Shown here: positions 61,210-64,000 of the stretch, piece after piece
Position numbering within the stretch: the first letter of the stretch is position 1
How the letters are laid out: each line of letters starts with the position of its first letter
Assembly: GCF_036321535.1 (NCBI RefSeq)
Contig: NC_087438.1
Location: 113,646,001 to 113,710,000 of the forward strand
Source: Camelus dromedarius
Taxonomy: Eukaryota
DNA length: 64,000 nucleotides
Direction: 5' to 3'
Program-made: the position numbers and the translations under genes
The notes under the pieces: model-generated
What the model saw: only the letters and a program-made list of their open reading frames with translations
Database searches by the model: none
What the model was told of the DNA's origin: nothing

Positions 61210-62689
61210 CTGAAAGAAAAGGACTTGGGTGAGACTCGGGAGGTCTGAGGCCACAGCACCAGACAGCTGCCTTGCTGAGCTGAGTGGGATGCGAGGAGCT
61301 GTGTGTGCCACGACCGCCGGGCTGCACCCGGCCTGTGTTCACCGCCAGTACCACTGCCTCAGCGGTTCTCCGACTAAACTCCGGCCTCAGGTCTCAGCTT
61401 GGACCTGCTTCCTACAAAAGCCCTCTTCTGACCCCTCAAGATGAGCCAGCTGTCCCTGCAGCCCCTGCACAGCCCACCTTGGCAGTCTACACTGATGGAG
61501 GCAACTTCCAGGTCACCACTGGGCCCCTCCTGCAGAGTCCGAGCCCCGAGAGGGAGGACCCGTCCGCGTTTGCTCATCACTGCATCCCCTACACTGGGCA
61601 CAGCACCTTCCCGAGACGGCAGAGCTCCCAGGGCTTAGGTGAGCTCAACCTTTGCCTTCAAGCCACTTCCTGGCAGTTCCATCCCCAGATGGCTCACTCC
61701 TGAGGTTGCAGATTTCAAGCAGGTTGCCCCCAGGGACCTAAGTGTCTCCCTCTGAAAAGGGAGATGGAACAGGTTTTTTTTCCACCTCAAAAAAACCCCA
61801 AAAAGCTTCCCATAATAAGACTTTTTGGGGAAACCAATCAATTAGAGGCTTCTGTAAGAAAGGAGAAAGTGGAGGCTGCAGCAGATCTGAGAAGGGGGCT
61901 ACCACAGAGGGACAGCCGTGGTGAAGAGGCAGAGGCAACGCCGGTGGCTCAATATCCAGGGGCAGCCATCCTCACTCAAACCAGAAGGTTCCCCGGCTTT
62001 GGGGGGACCTTCTAAAAGGCAAAGATTTTAAAATACAGGCTAGCAAGCAGGACCGATTTCAGAGGACTGACACAGGCAGCTGCATCAGGAGGCTGAGATG
62101 GCTCTTCAGGGGCCTGGCCTTGTGGTCAGCGGGGCCAGCATCCAGGAGATGCCGCCAGCCATCAGGTGGAAGCCGTCGGGTGCAGCCCGGCAGGAGCTTT
62201 CTGGACTCTGTCCTCCTCCCTGAGGTCACTGCTGAGTTCTTCTGCCTCTGATATCAGTTTCATAGTGTGTGTCTGTGATGCCTTTAAGTGTCCTCTCTGA
62301 AACACCGAACATTTCCTCCCCAAGATTCCCAGGGACCCTTGCAAGGAGGCTGTGGCCTCTTATGCGAAACCAATCTGGGCTCAGCTGGCTGAGAGGCAGC
62401 TTTGTGTCCACTTCAGAGAAAAGCAGCTTATAATGCGAGTCTCTCAATGTGATCACCCAGAAGACGGACGGATACGCTGGATCAATCCCAGAGCCGACAC
62501 TCAGAAGCCCCTCGTGTCCCCCTCACCCCTAACCTGAAAACTGCAAACCCAAAGCTATGCAAAATAGGAAGGACTGAGCACCCAAATCCCAACTCCATCA
62601 GCAGTTACCGTGGCCCACTTACCTGGGCCTCATGAGCAAGTGGAACTTCGACATTTCAGAAACACGGAAGGATCAGGAGAGGAACTTAC

Positions 62690-62849
62690 ACCAGCAGGAT
62701 TTCGATGCACGTGCTGAGATGTTCCAGGGAGTAGCTTGAGATCCTCTGCAGGTCTCTGGTCCAGTAGGGAGAAAGCTGAAGGCAAATCCTAGAGGCCCCC
62801 ACGCAGGCTGCAGCGACTACAGAAGGCTGGAATTTGTAGAAAATGTGAT
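62690..62849 (-). CDS. CCNJL: CCNJL penultimate coding exon (cyclin C-terminal fold); missed by the ORF track
   Basis: Acceptor ttctccttcag|, 160 nt, DHIFYKFQPSVVAAACVGASRICLQLSPYWTRDLQRISSYSLEHLSTCIEILLV; donor GT|GTAAGT; phase 2 joins the last exon in frame (GTA=Val). Confidence 0.95.
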
Positions 62850-63311
62850 CTGAAGGAGAATCACAGAGGGAGTCAGCGTCATAAAGCCATGCCCTGGAGT
62901 CCCAGGGCCCCTCCTGCCTTGTGTCTCCTGGGAATTGGTAGACAAATGATTAAGTTCAAGGTTGCTCACTGCACATACACACACGATGAGAACTCAGTAC
63001 AGCGTGAAGCTCCGTTCTTGAATCTTAAAACACCTTGGCTCGCAGTCTGGGATTTCTGCTGTCAGCCTAAAGCAGCGATTTTCAAAATATTGTCCCCTGT
63101 CTTCCAGGAGCTGCAAGGGGTTGCTGGTGGGCTACAAGCAGACCCGCCAAACATCTGTCCTTCCAAATGCAGGCTCCTTATGAATAGTGACAAGGCCTGG
63201 CCCATAGTAGGCACTCAGTAAAAATCTGCTGAATGAAAGCATGAATGAATGGCTACAAGAGTTTGATATTCATAACTAAAACCGGCCCTTGACTTACATT
63301 TACTGAGGACT

Positions 63312-63422
63312 CTTTTTCCCCCTCCCAGCTTTGTTGATGTATGGTTGACAAATAAAAACTGTACATACTTAAGGTGTATAATGTGATGTTTTGGCACATA
63401 TGCATATGGTGAAATGATCTGA
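63312..63422 (-). mobile_element. L1 3'-terminal fragment in CCNJL intron
   Basis: ttgacaaataaaaactgtacatacttaaggtgtataatgtgatgtttt is the reverse of an L1MA-type 3' end. Confidence 0.7.
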
Positions 63423-64000
63423 GAAATCTTCACGTCCTACTAAGATATCTAACAATGCGGTAAAGCTGGCACTACGTATGTGCAAAAGGCAAGCTGTTGA
63501 AATTCCCACAATTTTCAGGAAGGACACTCGGTTATCAGGGTATTACTATGCTGTTTTAAATTGTTCATGATTTTCAAAGACTTCAGCGTTTGCCTGTTAA
63601 AGTGTGCATCACCCAGGTTACAGACCCAGGGTCAGACTCCCCAGGTCCAAACACTAGCAATGATCTTGTGTAAGTTACTTCATCTCTCGAGTATCCATAA
63701 AGGAAACTGATTTTTAAAATGAGAACAGCAGAAATGATTGTCATGTGGAGTCGTCATGAGGTTCAAATGACCTAGTATTTTTACGTAATGTCTAGATTTT
63801 TTCCCCCTAATATCTAGATTTTAAGACATCGGGAAGATGAGATTCAAATAAACAGAGTAACTCTATTGCTAAAGCAGCTGGGAACATAGTCCTCTCTCCC
63901 ACCCTACCTGTACGATGCTAGCTCTCCCAGAATGACCTACCTGTGAATCTGTGCTATTTAGATCTCTTGCCATGTTCCAGGTTAACGTATAAAAAATTAC

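Overview
Mammalian (eutherian) genomic DNA, most likely a camelid. This is inferred from 13 copies of a tRNA-Ala(AGC)-derived SINE resembling the camelid Vic-1 family and from a cetartiodactyl-type L1 3' UTR. The window holds the complete four-exon FABP6 gene (ileal bile-acid-binding protein/gastrotropin; + strand, CDS 49115-52978, 128 aa) with TATA box and FXR/RXR IR-1 element. It also holds the last two coding exons and 3' UTR of the convergent CCNJL gene (cyclin J-like; - strand). The ~48 kb upstream of FABP6 has no other recognisable protein-coding gene. It consists of SINEs, a 5'- and 3'-truncated L1 with N gaps, L2/MIR relics, DNA-transposon MITEs, many solo LTRs and three GC/CpG-rich blocks (~11.7-12.4, 24.4-24.9, 30.6-31.3 kb) that look like distal or antisense promoters or an insulator. 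Nearly all ORFs in the supplied track are chance ORFs. I found no CRISPR array, rRNA, true tRNA gene or wholly new gene system. The best leads are modest: unusual binding-pocket substitutions in FABP6, an out-of-frame long-isoform acceptor, a poison alternative donor in CCNJL, unannotated splice signals at the CpG blocks, and a perfect palindrome in unique DNA. Repeat family names come from recalled consensus similarity and their boundaries are approximate.
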